Assembly: GCA_034189605.1 (NCBI GenBank)
Contig: JAXHUO010000001.1
Coordinates: forward strand, 63,606-127,605
Direction of reading: 5' to 3'
Length of the DNA: 64,000 bases
DNA from: Chloroflexota bacterium
Lineage (GTDB): Bacteria; Chloroflexota; Anaerolineae; B4-G1
In this document: piece by piece, positions 51,770 to 61,889 of the stretch
Layout: each line of letters opens with the position of its first letter
How positions within the stretch are numbered: position 1 is the first letter of the stretch
The notes under the pieces: generated by a model
The model's database searches: none
Seen by the model: the letters and a program-made list of their open reading frames with translations, nothing else
What the model was told of the DNA's origin: nothing
Made by a program: the position numbers and the translations under genes

Positions 51770-54078
51770 GGCTCGCTGGCTTGATGGTGATGCGCTCCCG
51801 TGCCCGGCCATCCCAACGCGATGCGGCCGCGCTCGGGTTCTACCCGTAGTATCTCCACCTCGATCACGCCACCTACCTTTAACCGCGTGCCCGTAGGCAT
51901 TTGACTGCGGTGCAGCAAGCCGTCGTGTTTGACCCCCACATCCACGAACGCGCCAAAGTCCACCACGTTCCGCACCGTGCCCTTCAGTAGCAGGCCTGGC
52001 TGCAGGTCGTCCATTGTCAGCACATCGCTGCGCAGGATAGGAACGGGCAAGTCTTTGCGCGGGTCACGACCAGGGCGAATCAACTGTTCGAGGATATCGG
52101 TCAGCGTGGGAACACCTGTGCCCAGTTCGGCGGCTAGCACACTCAAGGGTTGCCGGGCCTGCAATTCGGCCAGCCCGTCCTCCCGCTCGGCGGGCTCCGC
52201 CTGGGGGGTCAACCCGGCACGTTTCAGCACGGCTTCGGCGATGGGGTAACTCTCCGGGTGAATAGCGCTACCGTCCAGCGGGTTGTCGCCGCCGTGGACG
52301 CGCAGAAACCCCACTGCTTGCTCAAAGGTCTTTGATCCGATGCCGGGCACACTCCTGAGCGCCATCCGGTTGGGGAATGGCCCGTTTGCATCGCGGTGGG
52401 CCACGATGCGCGCCGCCAATTTGGGACCGATGCCGGCAACGTGCGTCAAGAGCGCCGGTGACGCGGTGTTCACGTCCACGCCCACGCTGTTCACCACGCT
52501 CTCCACCGCGCCGGCCAACGCTGCATTTAGTTGAGCCTGGTTTACGTCGTGCTGGTACAAACCAACGCCGATGGACTGTGGGTTTATCTTGACCAGTTCA
52601 GCCAGTGGATCTTGCACCCGCCGGGCGATGGAAACCGCACCGCGTATACTGACGTCCATGCCGGGCAATTCCGCGCGGGCCAGCGGACTGGCACTGTACA
52701 CGCTAGCCCCGGCCTCACTGACGATAATATACCGTAGGGGCAGGCCTTGTGCCTGCCCTTCGTATGCCTGCCCTTCGTATGCCTGCCCTTCGTATGCCTG
52801 CCCTTCGTATGCCTGCCCTTCGTATGCCTGCCCTTCGTATGCCTGCCCTTCGTGTGCCTGCCCCTCGTGTGCCTGCCCCAAAGCGTGGATCAGTTCGGCG
52901 ACGAGTTGCTCGGTCTCGCGTGAGGCTGTGCCATTGCCGATAGCGATCAGCGTGACGTGGTGCTGGGCGATGAGCACCGCGAGGGTGTGCAGGGTGGCAT
53001 CCCATTGTTTCTGTGGTTCGTGCGGGTAAATCGTGGCCGTGTCCAACACTTTGCCGGTGGGATCCACGACCGCAACTTTGCAGCCGGTGCGAAAGCCAGG
53101 GTCAATCCCCAGCACGGTGTGTCCGGCCAGTGGCGGCTGGTTGAGCAGGGCGCGCAGATTGGCCGCGAAGACGGAGATGGCGTGAGCCTCGGCTTGCTCG
53201 GTCAGGAAACGGCGCACATCGCGCTCAATCGCCGGGAGCAGGAGCCGTTGGGCACCGTCGTCCGCAGCCAACGCGAGTTGGCCTGCCAGGGGGGAGCGCC
53301 GGTCGGGGCGGAAGGTTGAACCGATAGCCGCCCGCCAGTCGCGCTCAGGAATGTCAACGTGCACCCGTAGCACCTTCTCGGCTTCACCGCGATTGATCGC
53401 CAGCACCTGGTGGGGGCGCAGCCGGTTGACCCGCCATTCGAAGTCGTAGTAGACTTGATAGACGCCGCGTGGATCTTTGCCCTTCTCGGCCTTTTCGGAG
53501 CGCAGCATACCCCACTGGAGCGCCTTTTCACGGGTGAGCCGCCGGACTTGGGGGTGATCGCTGATGGTCTCGGCGACGATGTCGCGCGCCCCGACCAGCG
53601 TTTCTTCCACGGTCGGCACGTCGGGTGTGAGGAAGGGCGCCGCGATTTGGGCCACGGTCTGCCTCGTGCGGGCCTGTTGCAGGATGAGATCGGCCAGCCC
53701 CTGCAGCCCCTTTTCCCGGGCGACGCTAGCGCGGGTACGACGTTTGGGCTTGTACGGCTGGTACAGGTCTTCCAGCGTTGTGCGCGTGTCAGCGGCCAGC
53801 AACTGCTGGTGCAGTTCGGGGGTCAGTTTGCCCTGCGCTTCGATAGAGGCGACGATAGTCTGTCGCCGTTTGTCCAGCGCCTGTAATCTGGCCAGCAACG
53901 TGCTCAGTTGGCGCAATTGTTCCTCGTCCAGCCCGCTGGTCATCTCCTTGCGGTAGCGGGCGATAAAGGGCAGAGTGTTGCCCGCGTCGAGCAGTTCGAT
54001 CGTGGCCGCCACCTGTGCGGGGCGCAGGTTCAGTTGGGTGCTTATGCGCTGGGTGTAGTTCATGTGCATCTGTCTCAT
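51751..54078 (-). CDS. tex: Tex-like transcription accessory protein (S1 domain) with an in-frame repeat insertion
   Basis: [10 protein letters not shown] near the N-terminus, YqgF/RuvC-like and HhH regions, and C-terminal S1 ([26 protein letters not shown]). Contains (EGQA[HY]) repeats. The 3' end overlaps the convergent GT4 by 19 bp. Confidence 0.9.
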   Translation of the reverse strand: MRQMHMNYTQRISTQLNLRPAQVAATIELLDAGNTLPFIARYRKEMTSGLDEEQLRQLSTLLARLQALDKRRQTIVASIEAQGKLTPELHQQLLAADTRTTLEDLYQPYKPKRRTRASVAREKGLQGLADLILQQARTRQTVAQIAAPFLTPDVPTVEETLVGARDIVAETISDHPQVRRLTREKALQWGMLRSEKAEKGKDPRGVYQVYYDFEWRVNRLRPHQVLAINRGEAEKVLRVHVDIPERDWRAAIGSTFRPDRRSPLAGQLALAADDGAQRLLLPAIERDVRRFLTEQAEAHAISVFAANLRALLNQPPLAGHTVLGIDPGFRTGCKVAVVDPTGKVLDTATIYPHEPQKQWDATLHTLAVLIAQHHVTLIAIGNGTASRETEQLVAELIHALGQAHEGQAHEGQAYEGQAYEGQAYEGQAYEGQAYEGQAYEGQAQGLPLRYIIVSEAGASVYSASPLARAELPGMDVSIRGAVSIARRVQDPLAELVKINPQSIGVGLYQHDVNQAQLNAALAGAVESVVNSVGVDVNTASPALLTHVAGIGPKLAARIVAHRDANGPFPNRMALRSVPGIGSKTFEQAVGFLRVHGGDNPLDGSAIHPESYPIAEAVLKRAGLTPQAEPAEREDGLAELQARQPLSVLAAELGTGVPTLTDILEQLIRPGRDPRKDLPVPILRSDVLTMDDLQPGLLLKGTVRNVVDFGAFVDVGVKHDGLLHRSQMPTGTRLKVGGVIEVEILRVEPERGRIALGWPGTGAHHHQASEPHRPTP

Positions 54079-54129
54079 TCAGCAGTGTGGCTGCAGGAGG
54101 ACGTCGTAGGTATCCGTTCAGGGGATAGG

Positions 54130-54232
54130 CCAGAAACCAGGTTTTTGATGCTCCACAAGCAAAGTGGTATTGCTTGGAGGTGCTTTTCCGCTGCCAGGGG
54201 GGGCTTCCTGTGCGAAAAACCTGGTTTCTTGG
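54130..54232. repeat. hairpin element with CCAGAAACCAGGTTTTT / AAAAACCTGGTTTCTTGG arms
   Basis: 17-18-bp inverted arms at 54130-54146 and 54215-54232 enclose a second hairpin (CTCCACAAGCAA...TTGCTTGGAG). It lies between the caspase-TIR stop and the tex start. Confidence 0.6.
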
Positions 54233-54314
54233 TTCCCACCCGCTTACTCATCATTCGTCCTACCTGCGCGGCAGCAGCCCTTGCAGTGCTTGTACCAGCC
54301 GGCCACCCCTGGTA

Positions 54315-55571
54315 CTATGCGGCTTTGAGCGGTTTCTGCAATTCCTCAACCAGACGGTCAAAGTTGTACTCGCCGAGGTACGGATCGGTAAGATTCAACG
54401 TATTCAGCATCCTTAACCCTGATCTCACCCGCTGATTAGGCCGTCCGTCATCACCGACCAGGTCTTTGTCAATGATCACTGGTAGCACGCGGGCCTGGCG
54501 TTCCTCAACCCCCAACGTCTGGGCTATCGTGTTCTGAAAGTGCGCCCAGTTGTCGGCCAGGTATGCCTTCGACAACACGACCACAGTGCGCCTGGATCGT
54601 TCTATGGCGCGCTCTATGCCCACGACCAGCGCCACGCCGGGGTCCTCGACAGCGCCAGAGACGGCAACGCGCAGGTCCGCATCTTTCAGGCGCTTTGCCA
54701 GTGTCCTCCACACCCATCCCGCGTCCGGCTCCCTGTGCACATAACTGACATAGGCATCGTAGCGGAAGCCTTCCTCATCTTTGGGCACGATTCCCTTCTG
54801 ACCGCCCAGGTAGAGGGCGACGGGAAAGTTCTCCTCCAGTTCGGCCTTGAAAATGGGGTGCTGGTTGGATTGATCGCCGGTGACGCGGGGCTGGAGGTAT
54901 TCGAAAAGGTCAAAGATGTGGATGAGACCGTCGTCGCTGGGGATGCCGCCCCGCAGGCCGGCCAGCAGGTGTTGGGTGAAGAGGCTGTTTGGAGCGCCGG
55001 GTAGCACCCAGGAGTACTCGCTGCTGCGGGACGAGGCCAGGATGACCCGTCCCCGCCCTTCCTTGAGCGCGTCGTAGTAACTGTCCGAGAAGCCCGCTTT
55101 GATGGCTGGCGCGGTCGTCTCCTTGGGCTGGCCGATGCCGCCGGAGTGGCAGCAGTCGAAGACGACCACGACCTTGCGGGCCGGGATACCGCGCAAGGCC
55201 TCGGTGAACTCGTTCCCTGAGATGGCGGTCTTGTTCACGCGGTTGGGAACTACATCTACGGGCAGCAGGTACTCGCCAGCGTAGGCGCCAGACTCCACCC
55301 GCCCGCCATGGCTGGAGATGTAGAGGAAGGCGGTAGATTCGGGATTCGTAGATTCGGCAATGGTTTTGAGGGCGGCGCGGATGCGGCCGGCGGTGGCTTG
55401 CTTATCGAGCAGCAGCTGCACGTTGTCCGGCGGGTAGCCGCAGTGCTGCGGGGCAACCAGCAGGTCGCGGATGTCCTGGGCATCCTTGAGCACGGTTGGC
55501 GGAAGTTTATTGATCTGCTGGTAGTTGGCGATGCCGATCACGAGGGCGTGGGCGTTTTCCATTGCAGGCAT
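54315..55571 (-). CDS. caspase-like (peptidase C14) domain fused to a C-terminal TIR domain
   Basis: HALVIGIANY, catalytic dyad contexts YISSHGG (His88) and VVVFDCCHSGG (Cys140/141). From aa ~270, YDAYVSYVHREPDAGWV...ERAIERSRRTVVVLSKAYLADNWAHFQ (TIR). AAGGAG RBS. Confidence 0.85.
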   Translation of the reverse strand: MPAMENAHALVIGIANYQQINKLPPTVLKDAQDIRDLLVAPQHCGYPPDNVQLLLDKQATAGRIRAALKTIAESTNPESTAFLYISSHGGRVESGAYAGEYLLPVDVVPNRVNKTAISGNEFTEALRGIPARKVVVVFDCCHSGGIGQPKETTAPAIKAGFSDSYYDALKEGRGRVILASSRSSEYSWVLPGAPNSLFTQHLLAGLRGGIPSDDGLIHIFDLFEYLQPRVTGDQSNQHPIFKAELEENFPVALYLGGQKGIVPKDEEGFRYDAYVSYVHREPDAGWVWRTLAKRLKDADLRVAVSGAVEDPGVALVVGIERAIERSRRTVVVLSKAYLADNWAHFQNTIAQTLGVEERQARVLPVIIDKDLVGDDGRPNQRVRSGLRMLNTLNLTDPYLGEYNFDRLVEELQKPLKAA

Positions 55572-55633
55572 GAGGCTGTCTCCTTTTCTCCTCGTTTACG
55601 TAGGGCATGCTGTCATATTGCAGAACTACTGCA

Positions 55634-56551
55634 TCAGCGTGGGCAACCATACCAGGATCGCAGAAAACGATGGAACCGACCACTCGTCCAACCCGAGCAG
55701 CGCGCTTGCCAACCACGGCCTGGTGGGCCAAGACCACCTTCAGTCAAGACCAACGAAATACGATACTCCCCAGCCTGAGCGCCAACCAGAAAAAGCGCAA
55801 AGGCCACCGGATGGCTGGGGTGACACAGCAGGGCCTCCTGGACGCTGCGGAAAAAGCCGGTCTTGGTGACGCTAAATGGGTAGCGTAGGCCCTCCTCGCT
55901 CCCACTCTCCAGCCAGAGAGTGGCCAAAGCACCGAGATCACTCTTCATTCCCAGCACCGATACCGGCTGGAGGTCCGGGCAACCATCTTGTGGGAAGATC
56001 GTCTCCAGGGATGTCACGTCTGTAATGGCTAGGGAGGTCAGGATACTCTCATCGCCGACGGCCACGAGTGCGTACTGCTTGGTTCCAATCTCCAGTCCCA
56101 AGAGCACCGGCGGCGGGACTGCATCTGGCAGGCTGTCGGCCAAGTCATCGGTGGTTTCAATGGGGTTGACGGGTGCTAGCGGGTAAACCACCCTCCGGCC
56201 GATGTAGCCCCCGCCTTCCAGCAGGTTCCAGACTTCTTCCTCTTCAGGATCGTACTCGTAGGTCGCTTCTATCACCACGCGGGATTGGGTCGCAGGCGCA
56301 GGCACGCATATCACCTGCCCAGCATAGATCACACTGGGATTCCAGATGCGCCCCCGGTTGAGCCGCATCATCTCCGGGACCGTTGTGTTGTAACGCCGGG
56401 CGAGGCTGTATAACGTGTCTCCACGCCGTACGGTGTAGGTGGCAGGACAGCCGCCCTGTGCACGAGCCGGGCCGGGGAAGGCCGCTAGTGCCCCCACTAG
56501 CGACAATGTTATCACCAGGCGGAGTGCTATTGCCGTCAAACGGGACCTCAT
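55634..56551 (-). CDS. secreted LysM-domain protein
   Basis: Signal peptide MRSRLTAIALRLVITLSLVGALAAFPGPARAQ. LysM YTVRRGDTLYSLARRYNTTVPEMMRLN...IYAGQVICVP. The remainder is unassigned. Start at ATG 56551 is preceded by GGAGG. Confidence 0.75.
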   Translation of the reverse strand: MRSRLTAIALRLVITLSLVGALAAFPGPARAQGGCPATYTVRRGDTLYSLARRYNTTVPEMMRLNRGRIWNPSVIYAGQVICVPAPATQSRVVIEATYEYDPEEEEVWNLLEGGGYIGRRVVYPLAPVNPIETTDDLADSLPDAVPPPVLLGLEIGTKQYALVAVGDESILTSLAITDVTSLETIFPQDGCPDLQPVSVLGMKSDLGALATLWLESGSEEGLRYPFSVTKTGFFRSVQEALLCHPSHPVAFALFLVGAQAGEYRISLVLTEGGLGPPGRGWQARCSGWTSGRFHRFLRSWYGCPR

Positions 56552-56591
56552 GTGACACCTCCTCATCTTGGATACCTGACAACTTGCAGGT

Positions 56592-59500
56592 CTACCCCAC
56601 CTTGCTCCACGTATTCCCGTCGTGGAACCACAACTCTCCGGTCGCCGTGCCTACCAGCAGTTTGCCGTCGGCAGGGAGCACTGCGGTAATGATAGGTGCT
56701 GTGGTTCCGCCGCCAATCGGCTCGTGGGTCCAAATCCAGTTTTGCCCTTGAGGCGTTCCTTTGAACAACCCTGCTGTTGTGCCCGCATAGAGGTCTGTCC
56801 CCCGCGTTTTCAATGCCAGGACTGCTCCTTCTACCTTCTGGCCAACATCTACCCGAGACCATCCCTCTGTCAAGGGCGCTCCCAGGCGCCGCCTCCAGAT
56901 GCCGTGAGCGAGGGTGCCCGCGCACACAAAACCCCCGTTCACCGCCACCGCTGTGCTCAATGGTTTGATCCCATCACCGCCGATGCCAGGCGTTTCGATC
57001 CATCGGTTGAAACCAGCAACGTTGATACCGCGGTAACGAGGGGTCATCATATTCGCGGCATATACATAACGATCCCCGTTCGTAACACCGGCTGCCAGGT
57101 CCAGCGCCACGCCCGCACTGCCTGCGAGCGGCTGTTCGGGGCCTGATGAGGCGACTGGCAATCCACCTGGAATGTTAGAAGGTGTCTCGGCAGAAAGCGT
57201 TTCGACCTCACCGCCCCATTGTTGCCAATTCCCGGTAGCAGGATCCCCAAGCCAAACCTTCCCCGCCGTTCCTACGTAGAGTTTACCTGCATCCATCACC
57301 ATAGACAACGGAGCCTCTTCCTCTGGCCAAGCACCCAGAGCCGACCAGGTGTTTGTATTGATTGGCCGCTGGTAAACGCCGCCTTCCGTGGCCGCGTAGA
57401 CCGTGTTACGTGCCGAGTCATAGACCAGAGCCACTACCCCCTCGTTCTCGCTCAAATTCCAGCCGTTAGTGCTTTCTGTCAGGCTGCCGGTGCCCGCTTG
57501 ATACAAGAAGCGTCTTACGCCGGCGTCGGTCCCGACGAGAAAGTTTTTCTGTCCGCCTGTATCTTGGAAGTGTACTAGGGCCTGGACGCCACGCTCGGCC
57601 AGGATGCTACGCTGAGCGAAGGTGTTGATTATTTGGTCAACAGTCCCTTCGGGCAGGTTGCTTTGGCGGGCTGCGGCGATCAGTCCCTCCGCTGCAGTCT
57701 CAAAGTTCGCTACCCAGCCGTGCACACATTCGAAAGCCTTCAACGCCAGCCGGTCGGCCGGGTCATACCCCAAGATCTCCCGAACATCCCACAGCGCCCT
57801 GGCCCACACCATGCTGACATTGTAGACCTCCGGGCCATTGGGGTCAGTCTGGTTGTGCGGGTACAGGTTGGGGGCCGGCAGAATGTCCTCGCCAGCGATT
57901 GCATCTGACCGGCTGAGTGCCCAGCGAGTCCCCCAATTGCTGTAGGCTGCCCGCGCCCAGCGCTCCTGCCCATCCGGATCCCCTTGTGCGCCCAAAGAGC
58001 GGGCGAAATAGTTCGCGTACCCTTCCAAGAGGGCCCGCCCAAAGGGCACGTTTTCATCCTGCAAGTGCTCAAAAGGTTTGGGGTTTAACTTCCACATGAG
58101 ACCGTGGGTGACTTCGTGATAGATCACTTCTGGATCCCAACTGGGGTTATCAACCGTCTTGTTTTCCCAGTCAGCGCTTAATTGCAAGCCCGCGCCGGTC
58201 TGAAAACGAATGAGTTTGGCCCCTAGCGTGGCGGGGTTAAAGCACATGCGAAAATCCGGCCCGGCTTCTACGCGCGCGGACAGGAAGGGTGTTTCCGTGC
58301 TGCCGAGGTAGGGAAGCAAAGCATCGGCGCCGCAGGTAGAGGCAAAGTGCTGGAGCAGCCTGTAGGCATGGAAAGCGATATTGGCAATTTCACGAGGGTA
58401 TTGCGTCACGTCTGTTGATCGCAGTTGCATGAGATGGCTAACTGTGGTGGTCAAATCCTGCAGATCCTGAAATGCGTTGCTGACCTTCTCGGTGTCGCTT
58501 CGCGCATCGCCCGAGGAATGATAGATATTCACACCGTAGAGGATTGAATTCTCCGGGTGTCCCAACACCTGCCCGCTCACAGCATCCACAAATATCCGCC
58601 AGGCCTGGTCGCCGGAGGGAGATAGGCACATCACCTGATAGGCTACGTAGTATTGACCGGCGAAAGGCAAGAGCCACGGCAGTTCTTCATCCTCGCTACC
58701 GGCGTGGGAGACCACGCGCACATCCCACGTCAGATCACCTCCCTGTGCAAACTCGAGCCAGTGCCCCCGCACCTCACCCAACAATTCAGCCTCACAGTGT
58801 ACATCCATTGCGAGCCACTCTTGCAGATCCGGGATGTCGAGGCCCTGCTGCTCACTGTACTCTGCGAGAGCAAGCAAGAATTCTCTTAGTACGCGGTCGC
58901 ACATCGCCTGTGTCGCCAATTCTGGGGCGGTCTCTGACGCGCGCGCTGCAACCAAATCCTCCAACCAACGCCAGTAAAAGCCCACTGTGTCGGAGGCGTC
59001 GAGGTAGGCCGCCAAAACCTGCTCGGCCATCAGTTTGGCCTGCTCTGCGCTTAACTGCCTGGAAAAGGTGGTGTCGGGCGGAGGGCCGGGGAAATAGGAG
59101 TTGGTCACAGAAACTTTTGGGCTCCCCACCTTCAGGTGAACAACCACGTCCCCACCAAAGACCGGCCACTCGGCACCATCAGCAGACTGATACCACTGTT
59201 GGTACCGCACGTGGGCTGTGGGCATCTCCTGGACACGGACCTTCTGAGAGTAGTGTTGGGTCCCAGTGGTACTCGTTTCAAACTGTAGGCGACCTTTGGA
59301 CTTGGTTCCTCCATGCACCTGGATGCTGTCATACCGCAGTGCCTGCTCATCCAGACGTTTGCCAAACAAGGCTTTCCGTTGCAGGTCTCCGAATAACCAA
59401 TGGGAAGCCATCTCTTTGTACGCTTCGGCATCATCGCGGGGCAAATCGGCCTCCCGATCTGACAGAAAACCGGTGAGAAAAGCGGGTAAGCCGGTGTGCC

Positions 59501-59894
59501 GCGCCACCCGCACGCGCAAAGGGTACTCGGGCGCTGCGAGGTGCGCTCTGTGCTCTTCACGGTATGCCTGGAGCGCATCTCGTGAGGTCTTTACGGTGTC
59601 TGCATCCCGGAAGGCGGTCAGAAGACCGGAGATGGTGGGAGGCGGGGGCAGAAGCACCCCCACGCGTTCCTTCGCCAACTGCGCCTGGCCTTCCTGACGA
59701 TCTTGGGGTGCGCCCAACAACGCTTCCAGCAGGCGCAATAAGATGCTCAGCCAGGAGCGGAGCAACTGCCATAAGGCTAGCAGGCAGCCTTGCAGGGCTT
59801 TCAGGGCAGCCGGGCTTAGGGGTGGCTGGGACGGTGCGTACTCAGGCATTGCCGTTTGTTCCACAGCCAATTGTGGATCAGGTTCCCTCAACAT
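56592..59894 (-). CDS. 1100-aa thermolysin/fungalysin-like (M4/M36 gluzincin) metalloprotease domain fused to a C-terminal beta-propeller
   Basis: VIYHEVTHGLMW (HExxH) with downstream ALLEGYANYF (third-ligand Glu context). An N-terminal propeptide-like region. The C-terminal ~400 aa carry repeated W/G-rich blades (GVYQRPINTNTWSALG, GKVWLGDPATGNWQQWG, GLFKGTPQGQNWIWT, ELWFHDGNTWSKVG). Strong AAGGAGG RBS. Confidence 0.7.
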   Translation of the reverse strand: MLREPDPQLAVEQTAMPEYAPSQPPLSPAALKALQGCLLALWQLLRSWLSILLRLLEALLGAPQDRQEGQAQLAKERVGVLLPPPPTISGLLTAFRDADTVKTSRDALQAYREEHRAHLAAPEYPLRVRVARHTGLPAFLTGFLSDREADLPRDDAEAYKEMASHWLFGDLQRKALFGKRLDEQALRYDSIQVHGGTKSKGRLQFETSTTGTQHYSQKVRVQEMPTAHVRYQQWYQSADGAEWPVFGGDVVVHLKVGSPKVSVTNSYFPGPPPDTTFSRQLSAEQAKLMAEQVLAAYLDASDTVGFYWRWLEDLVAARASETAPELATQAMCDRVLREFLLALAEYSEQQGLDIPDLQEWLAMDVHCEAELLGEVRGHWLEFAQGGDLTWDVRVVSHAGSEDEELPWLLPFAGQYYVAYQVMCLSPSGDQAWRIFVDAVSGQVLGHPENSILYGVNIYHSSGDARSDTEKVSNAFQDLQDLTTTVSHLMQLRSTDVTQYPREIANIAFHAYRLLQHFASTCGADALLPYLGSTETPFLSARVEAGPDFRMCFNPATLGAKLIRFQTGAGLQLSADWENKTVDNPSWDPEVIYHEVTHGLMWKLNPKPFEHLQDENVPFGRALLEGYANYFARSLGAQGDPDGQERWARAAYSNWGTRWALSRSDAIAGEDILPAPNLYPHNQTDPNGPEVYNVSMVWARALWDVREILGYDPADRLALKAFECVHGWVANFETAAEGLIAAARQSNLPEGTVDQIINTFAQRSILAERGVQALVHFQDTGGQKNFLVGTDAGVRRFLYQAGTGSLTESTNGWNLSENEGVVALVYDSARNTVYAATEGGVYQRPINTNTWSALGAWPEEEAPLSMVMDAGKLYVGTAGKVWLGDPATGNWQQWGGEVETLSAETPSNIPGGLPVASSGPEQPLAGSAGVALDLAAGVTNGDRYVYAANMMTPRYRGINVAGFNRWIETPGIGGDGIKPLSTAVAVNGGFVCAGTLAHGIWRRRLGAPLTEGWSRVDVGQKVEGAVLALKTRGTDLYAGTTAGLFKGTPQGQNWIWTHEPIGGGTTAPIITAVLPADGKLLVGTATGELWFHDGNTWSKVG

Positions 59895-59926
59895 GGCAAG
59901 CCTCCTTTCGTGTATCCTTCAGCGGA

Positions 59927-61582
59927 TCACGGCCACACACTGTGCCACCAGGGGCCTTTCTGCCGGCGTAACACCATGCCGCCCGTATTCCACCGGCCGG
60001 CCAACAGCAGGGGCGCGCCAGCCCCAGTGTCCGGTGTCAACGCGACGTCGCAGTCCAGTATGCAAGGCAAGAGAAAGGAAGACAGTTCCTCAGGCGGGGC
60101 GGTCCCCAGGATGGAGCCTTGCATTACCCTGCCGAAACGGGTCGCTATGTACCAGGAATCCCCATCCACGAGGAGAGCCCCCACCGTGTGCTGGGTTTGC
60201 CAGAGCGATTGCGGGCTTGAATTCGATGCGGTCAAATCCAGCCGCAAGACTTGGTTCCATTCCTCTTCAGGTCCTTTTCTCCAGTTGTGAACCAGGATGA
60301 ACAGATCGTCGGCAGCAGAGGCATAGGCCAGTTCCAGATACTCGTACCACTTGTTGACCTCAGCCGGTTGTTGCCAGCAGATTCCCTCGTCAGCGCTGAG
60401 GTAAAGTCCGCCGGGGGTATCTAATTCACTCAGGTCGTCCGGATTGCCGGTGCCCACAATAACGTGATCCGGCGTGACTGCCATCGCCCCTACCACCAGG
60501 TTACCGGTCAGGGGAGCACCTTTTTCGCAGACGACCTCATCGCTCTGCATATCCAGACGCTGCCACGTATCACCGCCATCCCCGGAGCGGAAGAGGCCTC
60601 CGGCTCGATGAGCCACGTACACCCGATCTATGTTCTCCGGGTTTGCAGCCACCGCGATCAAATCCGGCCTCGGCACTTCCAAATCGCCCGTGGGGTCCCA
60701 GGTGGTGCCCGCATCGTCGCTGCGCAAGAGACCTACGTCGCTGGTTGCCGCATAAACTCTTGACGTGTTGCCAGCAAAGCCCTGGATGTCGGCCACCCAG
60801 TATTCTTGCTCAGAATGCTCGAAGCATAGCGAGGAGTCGTTGCTCGATTGCCAGGTGTCGCCGTCATTCACGCTCCGCCACGGCCCCAGAGGTTTACATC
60901 CCTCCTCGACGTTAGCGCCCCCAACCAGCAAGACGTCTCCGACGTTCATCAACTGCGTGGCGTAGGGAGCGTCCAGCCCCAGGGAGACCCACACGTCGCG
61001 CAGTTGAAAGGGAGGTAATTGCAGAAGCATGGAGAGGGTCAGCCAGAGGAGAAAAAGCGCTCCTGCCCCCCGGCGCAGTTCCCGCCGGTAGCGCCGCCCC
61101 CACCGCTTCCACTGTGTGAAATCGCGGACACCGCCTTTTTTCCATGGAGCAGGCACGGGGATCACGTCCTCAATGTCCCGTGTCAGCCGCTTAATCTGCT
61201 TTTCCCAATGCCGTTCGACAGTCAGATCGGCTTTCTCCAGGGAGGCGATTAGATCGGGCAGTTCACACGGCTTTAGCAACACCGGCAACAGTTTGCGCTG
61301 GCGGGCTGCCGGGTCCGTTGTACGCAGCAGCAGGGCCTCAAAACCGTTCCACTCGCTGGCGAGCCAATCCGGCGTCAATATCACAACCGTGCGGCGACTG
61401 CTCTCCACCGCCCGCTCGATATTCTCGATCCTGGGCATGCCGATGGTAAAGTCCCGGTAGTCAACGGCCGCGCGCAGGCCGGCCTGCTCCAGGCGGGGTA
61501 ACAGCCACTCGTTCACCCATTCCCGGTCTGCCTGGCTGTAACTGATGAAAACGTCGTATAGGTAATCAGACTGCTCGGCCAT
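59927..61582 (-). CDS. N-terminal TIR domain, single TM helix, C-terminal BNR/Asp-box beta-propeller
   Basis: YDVFISYSQADREWV...SRRTVVILTPDWLASEWNGFE (TIR). A basic stretch RWGRRYRRELRR, then TM GAGALFLLWLTLSMLLQLPPF. Asp-box repeats NDGDTWQ, DDAGTTWD, GDGGDTWQ, ADEGICWQ. Start at ATG 61582 (GAGGAA upstream). Confidence 0.8.
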   Translation of the reverse strand: MAEQSDYLYDVFISYSQADREWVNEWLLPRLEQAGLRAAVDYRDFTIGMPRIENIERAVESSRRTVVILTPDWLASEWNGFEALLLRTTDPAARQRKLLPVLLKPCELPDLIASLEKADLTVERHWEKQIKRLTRDIEDVIPVPAPWKKGGVRDFTQWKRWGRRYRRELRRGAGALFLLWLTLSMLLQLPPFQLRDVWVSLGLDAPYATQLMNVGDVLLVGGANVEEGCKPLGPWRSVNDGDTWQSSNDSSLCFEHSEQEYWVADIQGFAGNTSRVYAATSDVGLLRSDDAGTTWDPTGDLEVPRPDLIAVAANPENIDRVYVAHRAGGLFRSGDGGDTWQRLDMQSDEVVCEKGAPLTGNLVVGAMAVTPDHVIVGTGNPDDLSELDTPGGLYLSADEGICWQQPAEVNKWYEYLELAYASAADDLFILVHNWRKGPEEEWNQVLRLDLTASNSSPQSLWQTQHTVGALLVDGDSWYIATRFGRVMQGSILGTAPPEELSSFLLPCILDCDVALTPDTGAGAPLLLAGRWNTGGMVLRRQKGPWWHSVWP

Positions 61583-61605
61583 GCGTGGGTTCCTCACGTG
61601 TTATC

Positions 61606-61634
61606 AGTATATCACTTTTGGCAGGGAATTTCAA
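61606..61634 (-). promoter_or_regulatory. sigma-70-like promoter TTGAAA-17-TATACT for the TIR operon
   Basis: The minus strand reads TTGAAA (61634-61629), a 17-nt spacer, then TATACT (61611-61606). It lies just downstream of MITE copy C and about 24 nt upstream of the ATG. Confidence 0.5.
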
Positions 61635-61645
61635 CTCCTTCATGC

Positions 61646-61797
61646 TGGTGGTTACCTACATGTCCGAAAGACCTCCGAGGTTTCACTCCCTGCAACAAAA
61701 CAGCCCGCATTTTGCCCTCGACACGCGGTGCTTTGACACATCACTTGTCCAAAACCTCGGATGTCTGAGGTGTCAGTGAACTCGTAGGTGATCACCA
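61646..61797 (-). mobile_element. MITE-like element, copy C (inverted relative to copy A)
   Basis: The reverse complement aligns with 5031-5180 over its full length with few mismatches. The termini are TGGTGATCAC / GTAACCACCA. Confidence 0.7.
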
Positions 61798-61889
61798 ACT
61801 TCATTGACCAGCGACCTCGACCGCCAACTCGCTGGCCCAGGCCAGGTCGGCGGGGTCGTCGTCTTTCTGGATCAGCGGTCAGGTAACAC

